NCBI RefSeq assembly: GCF_009914755.1
Contig: NC_060931.1
From: the human T2T-CHM13v2.0 reference genome, Homo sapiens
Strand: one strand, 5' to 3'
Length of the DNA: 64,000 bases
The notes beneath the pieces were generated by a model, which was not told the origin of the DNA, searched no databases, and saw only the letters and a list, made by a program, of their open reading frames with translations. Each line of letters opens with the position of its first letter. Position 1 is the first letter of the stretch. The position numbers and the translations under genes are program-made. Positions 27,665 to 41,970 of this stretch are shown here, in pieces.

Positions 27665-28357
27665 TTTTTTTAACTTTTATTTTAGTTTCAGGGATACATG
27701 TGCAGGTTGGTTCTATAGATAAATTGCATGTTGCGGGGGTTTGGTGTACATATTATTTTGTCACCCAGGTAAAAGCATAGTACCCGATATGCAGTTTTTC
27801 AATCTTCACCCTTCACCCACCCTCCACGCTCAAGCAGGCCCCAGTGTCTATTGTTCTCTTCTTTGTATCCATGTGTACTCAATCTTTAGCTCCCAATTAT
27901 AAGTAAGAACATGCAGTGTTTGGTTTTCTGTTTCTGCATTAATTCATTTATGATAATGGCCTCCAGCTCCATCCATGTTGCTGCAAAGGACATGTTCTCA
28001 TTATTTTTTTATGACTGCGTAGTATTTCATGGTGTATATGTACCACATTTTCTTTATCCAGTCTACTGTTGATGGGCATTTAGGTTGATTTCATGTCTTT
28101 GCTATTGTGAATAGTGCTGCAACGAACATACGTGTGCATGTCACTTTATGATAGAATGATTTATATTCCTTTGGGTGTATACGCAGTAATGAGACTGCTG
28201 GGTCAAGTGGTAATTCTTCTTTGAGTTCTTTAAGAAATCTCCAGACTGCTTTCCACAATGGCTGAACTAACTTACATTCCAACCAGCAGTGTATAAGCGT
28301 CCCTTTCCTCCGCAGCCTCGCCAGCATCTGTTATTTTTTGACTTTTTAATAATGGCC
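27665..28357 (-). mobile_element. 5'-truncated L1PA
   Basis: L1PA 3'UTR plus ORF2 C-terminus (ORF 28091-28327: CKLVQPLWKAVWRFLKEL); TSD tgaatgac (27657-64 / 28358-65). Confidence 0.95.
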
Positions 28358-28829
28358 TGAATGACACATTTGAATTAATTAGTTTGACAAGAGTTTTAAA
28401 ATATCAAACACACTTTCCCACAGTGTTCATTTTGTTTATATTTGCTTATCTCAGTAAATTGTTAACATGTAGAAATGAAAGCTTAAATGTATAATGAGCC
28501 ATATCTCTGCATTTATTCAAAGACTTTAGGGGTCAAATTTGCTTATTAAACTGTGTGACAACCAGTTCTGTTTTTGAAATGTTTAAAATTTATCTTAATG
28601 TCCACTTTAGGTTCTAAATAATTGAGATAGGCTATCTATAAACCCTGCATTCACCAGATAATGGCCTCAGTATATCCTGCACTTGGCCAGGAATTGACAT
28701 TCAGTCTATAATTATTTACTTACGGAAGATTTATGTTTTATAAGTAAAAACAGAGAGTATTGGTTTTAGAAATATATGATGTAGTTAAGAAAATCCAAGA
28801 AAAGCATTAATTAATAATAGAAAAAATCA

Positions 28830-29060
28830 CTCACAGTTATTGAAAGCATCCCGCATGATGGGCGCTGTGCTGCAATCTACGTTCATGCTCTCATTTACTC
28901 CCCTCAGCAATTCTCTCTGGTGGTGGCCACTATGATTCTATTTTACAGACCAGGAAGTTGAGTCATTACAGGGGGCAAGTGACTTGCTGAACGGTACACA
29001 GCTGGGAAGTGGTGTGGCTGGAATTTGAGGTCATGCTTTCCATAGTCATAGTACACGACC
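28830..29060 (-). mobile_element. MIR
   Basis: ctattttacagaccaggaagttgag...aagtgacttgctgaacggtacacagctgggaagtgg. Confidence 0.75.
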
Positions 29061-29834
29061 GCTCAAGCAGGCTAGCATATGGATGGAAGGAAGAGAATGC
29101 TTCCTTTTCATACCAATGTCTTTATGTATGAAAAGCAAAGTTATGTTGATCGTATTAGGAATCAGGGTGAGTAATTTCTATTTTACCATGGAAATGATGA
29201 ATTAACAAATTATTTTAATGTAGCAAAATTCCTCTACTGAAAGAATTAGACAAAACTCCACCATATATTCACTGTGCATTTGGAAGGAGGAGGCCAGAAA
29301 CTGAAAACTCCAAAAGCAATTTTATGAGGCAGACAGAATTCCTTTGGGACTTCATATTAAGCTATTTTCAGTAGGGAGTACAAATATTTTGTTGAAAATG
29401 CTAAGAAACGCCTTTAAAACATTTCCTAATAGGGTCATAGTGGCTTGTTGTAAAGAACAGAAACCAATTTGCCCCATGCCTGACATATTGTTCAGTATTT
29501 ACTATTAATTTTGTTCTAACAAAAGCCTACCTCAGATCAATAAATATAAATGTTGTAAAAAATAAATTTGATAAAGATTACATTTTTTCATTTGATGTAA
29601 AAGTACTTTTCACACTTTTTGGTAATTCATTAGGATGGTGATTTCATTTTAAGATTAGCTTTCCCTTTCCTTTTGTGTTACCTGTATTGAAAACTGGCTA
29701 TTACCATATGTACTTCTTTACATTTTCTGCAGCATGTAATTAAGAGCTAAACTTATATATTTGTTGCCCTTTTTCACCTAATGAAGATAATTCCAAGGTT
29801 TGTAGAGAGAAATAAGAAACCATTCAAACCACTT

Positions 29835-30160
<326 letters not shown>

Positions 30161-31964
30161 TGAGGACTCTCCTATACTCTGGGTACTTAACTATGAAGTC
30201 TAAAGTTGTGGGATGTATAAACCAGCTATAAAGCTAGACAGGCTGACTCTAAAGCAAAGGGTAACATTCTCCACCTTCTGTTTTCTCTGGCTGTCCTTCC
30301 CTCTGGAGTGTCCTCCTTATACCTATAGGGATGTCTAGTGTCTGCTATCACAATTTGCTAATTGAATAGGCTCGATATCAGTCATTTCCACCTTAGTGAA
30401 AATTAAAACTGCTGTGTATTCTCTCCCTCCCTAAAGTAATTTTATTTTAGGCCTTGTTTATAATGTGACATGGGAAGCATTTCCTCTCCCACCTCCTTTA
30501 AATATATTTTGAATATCAGGGATTAAGTAGAAAAGATATTAGTGAAGATAGACTAGCCTTGAGAAGCTTAGTTATGCACCTCAGATAACACAAATCCGTG
30601 CATAGCTAGTCCCAAAGTAAAGCACAATAAATTGCATGAAATAATCAATGAATCTGAGGTGCTTGAATAATAGAGTCTTAGAACTGGTTGGTACCTAAGG
30701 ATTTGTTGTACTCTTCCCTCCCACCCAATGCAGTAATCTTCTCTGTAAGAGCAGTAACAGATGGTCAAGAACTTGTACCACTATTTTGGTTTTTCTTATT
30801 AAAATGGCTAGATTTCAGAACTTCTTGGCAAGCTGCTATTCAAATGCAGAAATGCATCTGCTTAGAAACTCAAAAATAAACATGTTTTCCAAAGGAATCA
30901 AGTATGTTCTATAAAATCCTGGCCTGTTCATAGGATGTGGTAAGCATGAATTTCATTACAAGTTAATTCTACCATGATGGTAGTGAGCTTCTTTGTTCCA
31001 AACTAAGAAGTGTTGAGTGTGATTGGTGATGGTTGGAACTAAGGGGAGGGAGCTGAGAACTGACAGATGTATGCTCAAATCCTGGATGTGTCCTGGCATC
31101 AAATTTCAGAAAGTTAAGAAATAATGTTTTGTAAGGCAGTTTCATCTCATAATTTTAAGTTACTGTATTCATTCTACATGAAATCCATCATTAAACTCAG
31201 ATACCATATCCAGTAGAGTAAATCAGGACCAAATACAGCCTGTAATACGCAGAGCCAGTGAGGCTGGGCAGCTTCTGTCTGAGTTCCAGACTCACTGGCA
31301 CTCAGCTAAGGATTCCAGACACTCAAACTTAGCAAGAAATAGGACAAGAAGCATGGAGCATGACTTAATATTAGTCTGTGTGCATTTCTATGTGGAGCAA
31401 TACATTTGCAATGCTTCTTAAAATGTAATGATGCCACAGTTTTATTTTTACATACAGTTATTAACTTTCAAATATATTCAGCAGATGATATGACTGCACA
31501 TATTGGGATTTGGTATATATAACCTTTCAGTCCTTTTGACAGAGAGTGATAACATTGATAATCTCCATATGGCTTAATGTTTCTTTGCTCTCCCTCCTTT
31601 CGGAAATTCTCTGTGCCTCGTTAAATGGAGAAGATTCCATTAATATTCAATGATACATGAACAAGCAATTAAAATAATTTCTATTCTAATCTGGAAATAG
31701 AAAGTATTTTCTATGTAGCATTATACAAATGCTATATTTATGAGCTATGTGGGTACTATAGGCAGAGATCAGTTTCAAAAATGAGCAATTACACTGTGCC
31801 ACATTATAGACTGATTTGAACCACATAAATTTCATGTTTAAGACTCACTTTGATTATGTTGCGTATTTTACCATTTTAGAGAGGTTTCCTTGTGATCCTA
31901 ATTCTAACTCAAAATAACCTGTTTTCACTTTTTGCCTATCCTTCCAACAATCTCTTCCCAACAA

Positions 31965-31982
31965 ACCACCACCACCACCACC

Positions 31983-32010
<28 letters not shown>
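31965..32010. repeat. (CCA)n followed by A28
   Basis: Direct reading. Confidence 0.9.
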
Positions 32011-32013
<3 letters not shown>

Positions 32014-32947
32014 TCACAAAGGTTTTTGGAATTCAAATGGGTCTTACAAAACTTTTGGATAATTCAAGTGTAAACTAATCAGAAACACATGGGATTGAAT
32101 TCCCTTTGAGATTTACAATCAGGGTGAAAGGACTTGGCAAACTGTAATGGTTTAACAACAAAAGAAATCAAGAATTTTCAGCCTCACAAGCCTCTACATT
32201 TCCTCTCAATTCATTTATATTTAAAAGGGAAGCATATGCTAGAGGCTAGAGTTTGGAAAACTGCCTGGTTATCTGATCTAGTGTTCTGCATCAGCACCTC
32301 ATCCACCACCCATCACCTTAAGTTTATCTTCTCAACCTGCATGATTTTGAGTGAAAGGGGAGCCAGAAGTGAGATGTATGATCATCCTACTAATAGTTCA
32401 CATCTGTTCTGAGATTCTGATTGCTGTGAAAATTCTTGTGATAGAAAAATAATTTGTTAAATTCCCTCTTAAAACCTGAAGCAAAAATTATCAGGCTTCT
32501 ATTTTTATAATACAAACAATTTTCTTCCAGAAACATTCTGATCTGTGTACTCATTATTTTCTAAAGTACATATTTACTTCACATCAGGCATACAATGGTG
32601 GACAAAACAGCTGCCTTTCTTCCCCGTATGGAGCTTACAGTATAGTGAATATTTCATGGGACTAGTATCTACAGAAGGTGTTTTGGGAAGCACAGCTTTG
32701 GAGAGAGTAATTTGCCAACATTGCACAGAATAAAGGCACCATGAGGGCCCAAGGAAGGAAAAGATTTGCAGCTGTCTTGGTAAGAACTGATGATAAGTGG
32801 AATCACACAAGAGATGGTTTAGATATAAAATCAGCAGGATTTGGTAGCTGCTTGACTTTGGGAATCAAAGATGAATTTCACTAGAAAGATAGTTGCGCTG
32901 ATACAAAGAAAATACAAGAAGCTTGGGAAACACAATTGAGTTTAGGC

Positions 32948-33560
32948 TGCATATTTGTTTTATGTGCTGTATAGCAAATTACCACAAACCTAGCAATATA
33001 AAACAATATGCCTTTACTCTGTCACAGTTTCTGTGGGTCAGCAGTCTGGGTATGGCTTAGCTAAGCTCTCTGCTCAGAAGCTCACAAGCTGTAATCAAGG
33101 TTGCATTCTACATTCTCATCTGGAAGCTGCATTCTCATATGGAGGCTTGACTGGGGAAGATCCACTTTTCCAAGTTTTTCAGGTTTTTTGAGAATTTGTG
33201 TATTTGTGGTTGTATGACTGAGGGTCTTAGCCTTTTATTGGTTGCGGCTAAGGCAAACTTTAAGCCCTAAAGGGAGGTCCTTGCTGCCTGGGCCTCCCTA
33301 TAGGCAGTTCATAACATGGCCATTTGCTTTTTCAAGGCCAATGGGAGAATCTCTAGTTGCAGTGTGCTAAGAGAGTCTTGTATACTTAAGGCAGTGACAA
33401 TCCACCATCTTTGGCATACAATATACACTCATCAAAAGAGTGAAATCCTGCCTTTGCATATTGTATTGGTCAGAAGCAAGTCACGGGCTCTGCCTACATT
33501 CAAGAAGAGAGAATTAAACAAGAACGAGGATGCATTGGGGGTCACCTTAGTGTATGTCGG
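32948..33560 (-). mobile_element. MaLR solo LTR (MLT1E/F-like) inserted in L2
   Basis: aaattaccacaaacctagc...cacagtttctgtgggtcag...ggcttagct...actggggaagatccactt...agaagcaagtcac. Confidence 0.85.
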
Positions 33561-34489
33561 CTCTAAGTTTGGATGTGTTGTGTTTGAGGTGTTAGAAGAG
33601 CCTTTGGTGAACAAGTCATCCACGGTTATAAACTGGACAATGTACATCTAGAATGTTTTTTTCCTTTGTGAACTTCTGATAGCAATTAGGGTTAAATGGC
33701 TATTTCCTTATAATATTTCTTTATCCAGTTTGTGCTGATTACATTTATAAAATAAAGAGAAGTAAACCTTATATATGAAAACAAAAATGAAATAATATTT
33801 GTCAGGTGGTGATAAAAATAAAGCTTAGAAAGATACGTACAACGGCAACTCTCAGATAGGGCTAGAAAGTTTGGAGATGGATATTTATTCCTTAAAGCCA
33901 AAGATAAAATAATTTAATTTTCTTCTCCAAAAAACTTCATAGCACAGAAATTGGCAGCCTCTCAGCCAAATATCTCTTGGAAGAAGAAATAATACCTCCT
34001 GCTACACATTAACTTCTGAGCCAATTTCAATCTAATACACAGAAGTTAATTCTAGTCAGCTCTCAAGAAAATCTTGACCTACGAATATCTATTTGAAAAA
34101 TTGAAAAGAGATGTAAAAGCAGAGCCCTACAGACAATATTCTAACAATTGGTGCTGCATTACCAGGTTTGTTTTCTTCTTATCTTATCCCTAAATGGCAA
34201 AATAAAAGGCCTAGATCAACTATATCTTGGATTTATGTGACCAAGTCTATCAACAAACCAATAACATCATCATGCATAAAGTGAGCCTTACTCTGTATTT
34301 CACTTCTGGTGGTTTTAGTCAACAGCCACTCCATTTTCTAAAGGCAGAAGATTGAACAAAAGATCAGTATATTCCACAAGAACAAATAAATCCAATAACT
34401 CTGTAAAGAAGAATATCCCTCTGACCAAATTTTGACTTAGTTACATGATATAATCATAGGTTTTTTAAAAAGCTACTTCATAGCTATGT

Positions 34490-35020
34490 TTTAAAAATCT
34501 AGATATAAACTCTCAAAAGGCAAACTGTAGCTTGGAGAGATATTTGAGACATACTATACAACAAAAGATTACCTTTTATAACTAGAGAACTTTTAAAATC
34601 AATAAGATTAACACAATAAAATACATGAAAGACATGAAGAAATGCAGTGGCTAATATGTTTACGAAGAAGGCTTGATCTTATTTGAAATTAAATACAAGT
34701 AAATTAAAGCAATGAACTATTTTTAATATGTCTAATAAGCAAATTAATATACCCAGATAAAGTAGGAAAATGAGTACTTTTAAGTACTGGAGATGGCATA
34801 CATTGGCTTCTGGAAGACAACAAATATACATCAAAAGTTCTAAAATGTAATGATTCTTTGCACCAGCAATTCCACTTCCAGGAATTAATCCTAAAGGGAA
34901 GAATGTGATTTACCTTCAAAGGATTTTTAAAATCGCAATTTTCTTATAATAGGAAAAAATTAGAATGAAAGAATATTCAATATTAGGGGATTTGTAAAAC
35001 ATGTTATGGTATAATCATAG
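34490..35020 (+). mobile_element. Old L1ME fragment
   Basis: ccagcaattccacttccaggaattaatcctaa and flanking L1 3' motifs. Confidence 0.65.
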
Positions 35021-36539
35021 CCTGCCATCATAACTTTTAGCCTGTTTTCCCACTCCATGCCCCATTCTCTCCTTTCTGAGAACCACTGCCAGCCTCACAT
35101 CTCACAAATAGTGTTGATACCATATAACCCTTTGCACCTATCCATTCCCCTGTGTTCATAGCTCATTAGGTGTGGATATACTAAACCGGCCTAATCAGAT
35201 ATGCTCCCTTGGAAGTTCAGAATTGGAATAAAGAGGCTCTGGTTAATTCAGCACTTTAATCGAATGGCAGAGCGGTGAACTCAGGTGCTGTAGTGGCCAT
35301 TTACACAGAGAAGGGGAGAAAACAGCCTCCAAAGAAAAACAAAGCAAAGGAGCCAGAAAATTAGGGAAAAGAAGCATTATGGTATGGGTGCTAAGGCCAA
35401 GGTCATGCCCCAAACCACAGGGTTGTGCCTATCCTTGACAGAAGTGCAAAGAAGGAGCTCATTTTCGGACATCCCACCTTTTATTTCTGAGCCCTTCCTT
35501 CCCACATTTTTTTGTTTTCATTTAGATGTTGCATATATTCGTCATTTAGGACTTTCCAAGAATGACTTTCCAATAGCACTCCAATTTCTTTTTTGGAGGT
35601 TAATCAGCCTCCAGAACCCACCACCAATTTTTGTGTTGGTGATGGGGGAATCCAGATGCCTCCAGTCATTATGGAAGCTGAAGCTGACAGAGGCCATGAC
35701 TCCTCATCCCTGCTGAAGGCAGAGGATAGGTCCACACCTAAGCTCAGCCACTGATGCTCTCTGACTGGCCTTTGAGTCATAAATAGCAGCATGCTATCCT
35801 ATCCACACTGCTGCGCTTTCCACATCTGGATACTCGGGATCACCCTAGGCTCCTGTGCATCCCACACTTATCCCTCAGCGTTCCATTGATTTTCCAACAT
35901 GAATAGCCTTCTAATATGTCACATATGATTAAGTTAGCTGGAGTCCATTTCTGTGTTTTTAAATATACTTTTATTTTAAATATATTTTTAAATATATTGA
36001 TGTGTACTTTTCTTTCTCACCTTTCCTTGTATATGATGCCCTCTTACTTCAGCTAGTGGAGGCTTGGCCATTATTGTAAGGAGGCTAAGCATTAAAACAG
36101 CAATGTAAGATAAAAAGATGTCCATGTTCAGCTTTTGATTTCCAAAATTAGACTTGTTTTAATCTCCAGTAAGATTCTTAAAAATGAGGCTTTGTTTAAA
36201 GAGGTTAAGTTTTTTCTGAATCCCTTAAACTCCAATTTTTATATACAGATCTAGGCCTGATGGACTTTTGTCCTAGAGTTTTACTAGAAAATACTGCGTA
36301 GAGACAACAAATGATTTGACACAAGGGATATGCCCAATAGTAAGAAGGAAGAAGAAGAAATTATTCTGTCATGGAAGGGAGGCACAGGGCTCAGAGAGGA
36401 AGCAGTTAAACTGATGAGATGCCTGGTTCCCTTCGCTGATCTAGAGCAGCCACACTGCCATCCCTGTGCCGTGGCCAAAGAGACAAAACAAATAATTAAA
36501 AATGCCCACAGAAAGCTAAAATGGATTAAATGAGAGGTT

Positions 36540-37518
<979 letters not shown>

Positions 37519-37581
37519 AGAATACACTTAATTCTTGATATAAACATAATTGAGTCTACTAAGTAAGATAATAGACAAGAT

Positions 37582-37582
<1 letters not shown>

Positions 37583-37636
<54 letters not shown>
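37583..37636. repeat. (GT)27 microsatellite
   Basis: Direct reading. Confidence 0.97.
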
Positions 37637-37638
<2 letters not shown>

Positions 37639-37971
37639 CTTACAGGCAGATATTAAAAAGCCAATATCAAAAAAGAGATTACAGATGTAGTTGGGTCCTT
37701 TCCGCTTTCCAAGGTTCCTACTTCTGTTCCTGCACCCTAAATTTTGTCTTCCCCATCTGCTCTCAGATCTTATTTCCTCTGTAACTTATTCTGATATATA
37801 AGTAGAGGAAAATGAAATGGGTCTAGAGTTCATGTTTAAAAAGAGAACAAAAGAAATATGGGTGCTAGTATGTCTCATGTTCTCAACTATCTCAAGCCAT
37901 ATGCTCAAAGAGAAGAAAAACCTGAGGAAAGTATCAAAACACTTGTAAAGCTCATTGTCTAGTATATTACA

Positions 37972-38130
37972 TTTTTTAATTTTTTATTTTTAAGTACTAT
38001 GGATATATAATAGTTGTTCAAATTTTGGGGATGCATGTGATATGCTGATACCAGCATACAACGTGTAATGATTAAATCAAGGTAATTGGGGTACTCCTCA
38101 CCTCCAGCATTTATCTTTTCTTTGTGTTAG
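37972..38130 (-). mobile_element. L1MA 3' end
   Basis: catgtgatatgctgataccagcatacaacgtgtaatgattaaatcaaggtaattggggta. Confidence 0.8.
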
Positions 38131-38134
38131 ACCA

Positions 38135-38370
38135 CCACCACATGTGCAGCATCCCTCTGGGTCTCTTCCATGACAACCCTGTGGGAAGCCAGGCAAGTGA
38201 GAATCAATGTAAACATGAAGTTCATGCTGCTTACTGTGTCGTGATAATGTCCTTGTCTCCCAATCAGGAGCCTCATGTCTTCTTGCCAGCCTCTGTGGAA
38301 CTGTGGTAGGCTATTAAGTTAATTAGCAAGCAGGGTAAAGTCTCAGATCCTTTGCATTTTCTTTTAACCA
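38135..38370 (+). mobile_element. ERVL-type LTR 3' fragment (MER76-like)
   Basis: caggagcctcatgtcttcttgccagc...actgtggtaggcta...agggtaaagtctcagatcct. Confidence 0.5.
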
Positions 38371-39436
38371 GCTCTTTCTAGGTGAAAGACACATGGATAT
38401 CACTGTGAAACTTCATGCTCTGTATAGCTCAAAATTTTGCCCAAGGGGAGGTTCCAGCACCATCTGATTAGTACATATTGCTGAGAAAAATACTAAAGGA
38501 AGAAAATACTAATAATAATATATTTCACTAACCCTCTTAGATATTAAGAAATGAATGAAAAGGTCTATATTATTGACTATTAATCACTTGGAATCTCTGT
38601 TGTTAAACTGAGAAGTAAACTGCATTGCCTAGAATATTGGCCATATTTTTAGTGATACTAATTAAATTGTTTGAGATAGATCTGAAGACAGCAGAAGCTT
38701 GTCTGGGCCTAGCTTCCTTGAATTCTTCTTCCCCGAATTGCTATGTCTTGGTAATTTTGAAATATGAGTTAGAAACCATCTACTTACCTAACTGATATCA
38801 TTATTCCAGTTAATGTTTGTCCCAAGGTATTTCTCAAAGACTTAAGAAAAATGAAAATTCTATTTTTTAAAGGGCCTAGCTCTTTTAAAAGGATATGTTT
38901 CATGGAATTCTATTTATCAACAAACATGTAGACTACTTCAACAAGACTTCAATGTGATTTCATGTGTTTATTCTCCTGAGTCAGATGTGAACAATGTAAT
39001 CCTAAAAGATTTTGGGGAATGGTGACATATGCTACTTAATTCACACTCATGAGCTTAAGAGAAGATAAGAGAATGTCATGCTCATGTGTGACAAAGATAA
39101 AACTATATTCTAACTAGGATTACAAGAATAAAACACCAGAAACTTGACAACTTGACATTTTTTCACAGTGCTTAAAAATAAATGTAATAAAACTTTGGCA
39201 GTTAATGTCATTTTGATTTGCTTTAATTTTATTTTCAAACCTCTATTATTGAAATAATAATTTCATTATTTCAAACCTTCATAGGAAAATAATAGAATTG
39301 TGCTGTTGTGTCAGTATAAGACATAGTCAACATTTTCTGCAATGAACAAGTAATGTTGAGATTAACAAGATTTCTCTTAATAAATGTTTTATACAAGCAT
39401 AAGAAAAATGGATAGCACAAAAAATGGATAGCACAA

Positions 39437-39895
39437 TAGGGTAACATTAGCACTTTAACAAATAAATCCCAACATTCTAATGGCTTAATACAATTGAATT
39501 TTATTTCTTGCTCATGCAACAGTCCAGCACAGGTGCTCATGGTCTGCTGCTGGGGCCACGATGCATCTGTCTCATGCAGTCATATAGAGACCCAAGTTGA
39601 TAGCTGTGATGTGTTCTCCAAAACATGGCTTTAGAGGTTGCCATGGAAATCAACATCCAACTGATGGAAGAGGCAAGAGAAAGGATGCAAAAACCACACC
39701 AGCTGTTTAATTACCTGGGTCCAGAAGTAACAGGTGCCACTACCTCTCACATTCTATTAGTGGAAATTAGTCACATGGCCTCTCCTAACTGCTAGTAAGT
39801 ATAGAAAAGTTGGTTTTGGCTGGGCAGCCACAAGACAAAGCTACTAAGAAAGACATAGCATTAATTTTATGTTGTTAGCCATCTCTGCTATAAGC
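39437..39895 (-). mobile_element. MaLR LTR (MLT1J/K-like)
   Basis: aatggcttaatacaa...tttatttcttgctcatg...ctcacattctattagtggaaattagtcacatggcc. Confidence 0.75.
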
Positions 39896-41769
39896 GTAAG
39901 TCAAATAGAATTTTCATTTTTCTTAAGTCTTTGAGAAAAACATTGGGACAAACATTAACTGGAATATTGATATCCATTAGGTATGAGCTTGATTGTTTCT
40001 AACTCATATTTCAAAATTACCAGATATAGCAATTCAGGGAAGAAGAAAAAGGTTTAAAGACTGTGACATTCAGACTGCTATATTCAATACAGAAAAGATA
40101 TTTGGTGATATTTCTATCCCTTTTTCTTAAATGTACATTCTTCTGGGATTTAATAAAGTCACATTCTGATTTTTAAAAATAGTACTATTAATCTCACTAT
40201 AGAGCTCTGAAAATAATAGAATCGTGCTGTTATATTACAGCAGTTATTGATTGTCCATTTTTTCCAAAGACACTGAGATCTATGGAAGAAATAAGCCTCA
40301 TTATTTTTCATTTGTATTTAATGTAGATGCAACAAAAGTTATATACTTCTTTATTATATATTTTGTCATGCCTATTAAATGCCAGTTATATAAGATGATT
40401 CCTGATCCAAACACAGTGCTTTATGTTATTGGGATTAAAAGAATTAGTTAAAGCTTTAAGTTAAATTACTTTTGAATTCATTTATGGCTAGGTACACATG
40501 AAATAAACACTCTACATTGTCTACAGTGGTAATTGCCAAGAAAAAGAGTATATTTTAGTAACAATTTGGCTAAGCGCCTCAAATTCAAAGTAATTCCACA
40601 TTTAAATACTAACACTCAAACCTGAAAGTTGTCTTTAAAAGCTTTATAAATTGTTTCTGGTGAGGGTTTTACGACTATGGGGTGGGTGGAAAGGGGAGGA
40701 AGGAAGAGGGACTGCCTCACTATAAGCTGATAACAAGGTTGCTAAAAATTGCTCTTATCAATGGTCTTTGCACTTAACTTGTTTAAATAAAAGAAAAAAC
40801 TTCATGTGAGTCATCGTATTTTGTTCACTACAGCTTGGCAGGTCACCTTGTTCTAGCAGATAGAAACTGAATCAATATGGGAAGAGCCAGAATTTGGACA
40901 AGGTTCACCAAACATTCACACTGATGCCAGGTGGGCCAAGAAAAAGGGAATGTCCTGCCTCTGAGGTATCTAAAAATTTTTATGTTTAAGTCAAGGGTTT
41001 TGTGTTGTGAAGGCAGAGCTTTGAATTTCTAATAGAAGAAGAAAAGCAGAATATACCCAGAAACTCCTGATTAAATTTATGGTCCTCTAATAATATTTTA
41101 ACTTTAAAGGAGTCAGACGGCATTCTAGAAAAGAGCCCTTTGGTCAATGCTTTCCTATCTATAGTTTAATCAACCCTTCCATATATGCACATATTAAGCA
41201 AATTCAAATGACATTAAAAATAAGTTACATTTCTTATTCTAACCCCTGCCATTCATCCCGCTTTCCCCCCATTGTCACACATATGCCCACTTCCACTTCT
41301 GCACATAGGAAGAAAGGGTGAATAAATGTCAGAATCAAGTGGAAAGATTAATCATAGGCTGTTTTTTACATTGTTTTATTCTGAGTCAGAATACGCTTTA
41401 CAGGACATAGGCAAGCACTTGAAATATAGGACTCAGAACATAAGATGCTTCGTAGGACCCAGGCAAGCACAGCAATTAAATGGAATTCCACATTTTTAAG
41501 GAAAGCTTTTTACTTTTCTTCCTCTTTTTGTTTCTCTTTACTTTTGCAGCTCCCTTCAAAAGTCCTTTCTGTGAGACACATTTTTAACTACCATATTGTT
41601 CAATTTTAACAAGAGTTCAGGGTGAGGAAGGTTATAGCTGAGGCATTTACAAGGATTTCCTGTTTGTAGTGGCTGCTTTTTCCTCTTTGGTAATGTGTTT
41701 TTCACATTTTTTAAAAGCTGCCTGTATGCATTAATATTACTTAATCTCCATCACCTTAAGAAACCATAT

Positions 41770-41970
41770 GGGGCAGGGAGAGGAAGACCGGTGCTGGCTC
41801 TTTCCCTTTCTCAATGACTTGAGACACCTTAACCTTGCTTAACTTTTTCTAGAAAATGAAGATAGTAACACCTGCTCTGAATTGTCACAGAATTATTGTA
41901 AGGCTCAAATAAAATCTATGTATTTAAGGAATCAATATGTAATAAAGATCTTGAAGTGTTAGTAGTCGAT
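41770..41970 (+). mobile_element. MIR
   Basis: ttttctagaaaatgaagatagtaacacctgctct...attattgtaaggctcaaat. Confidence 0.65.
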
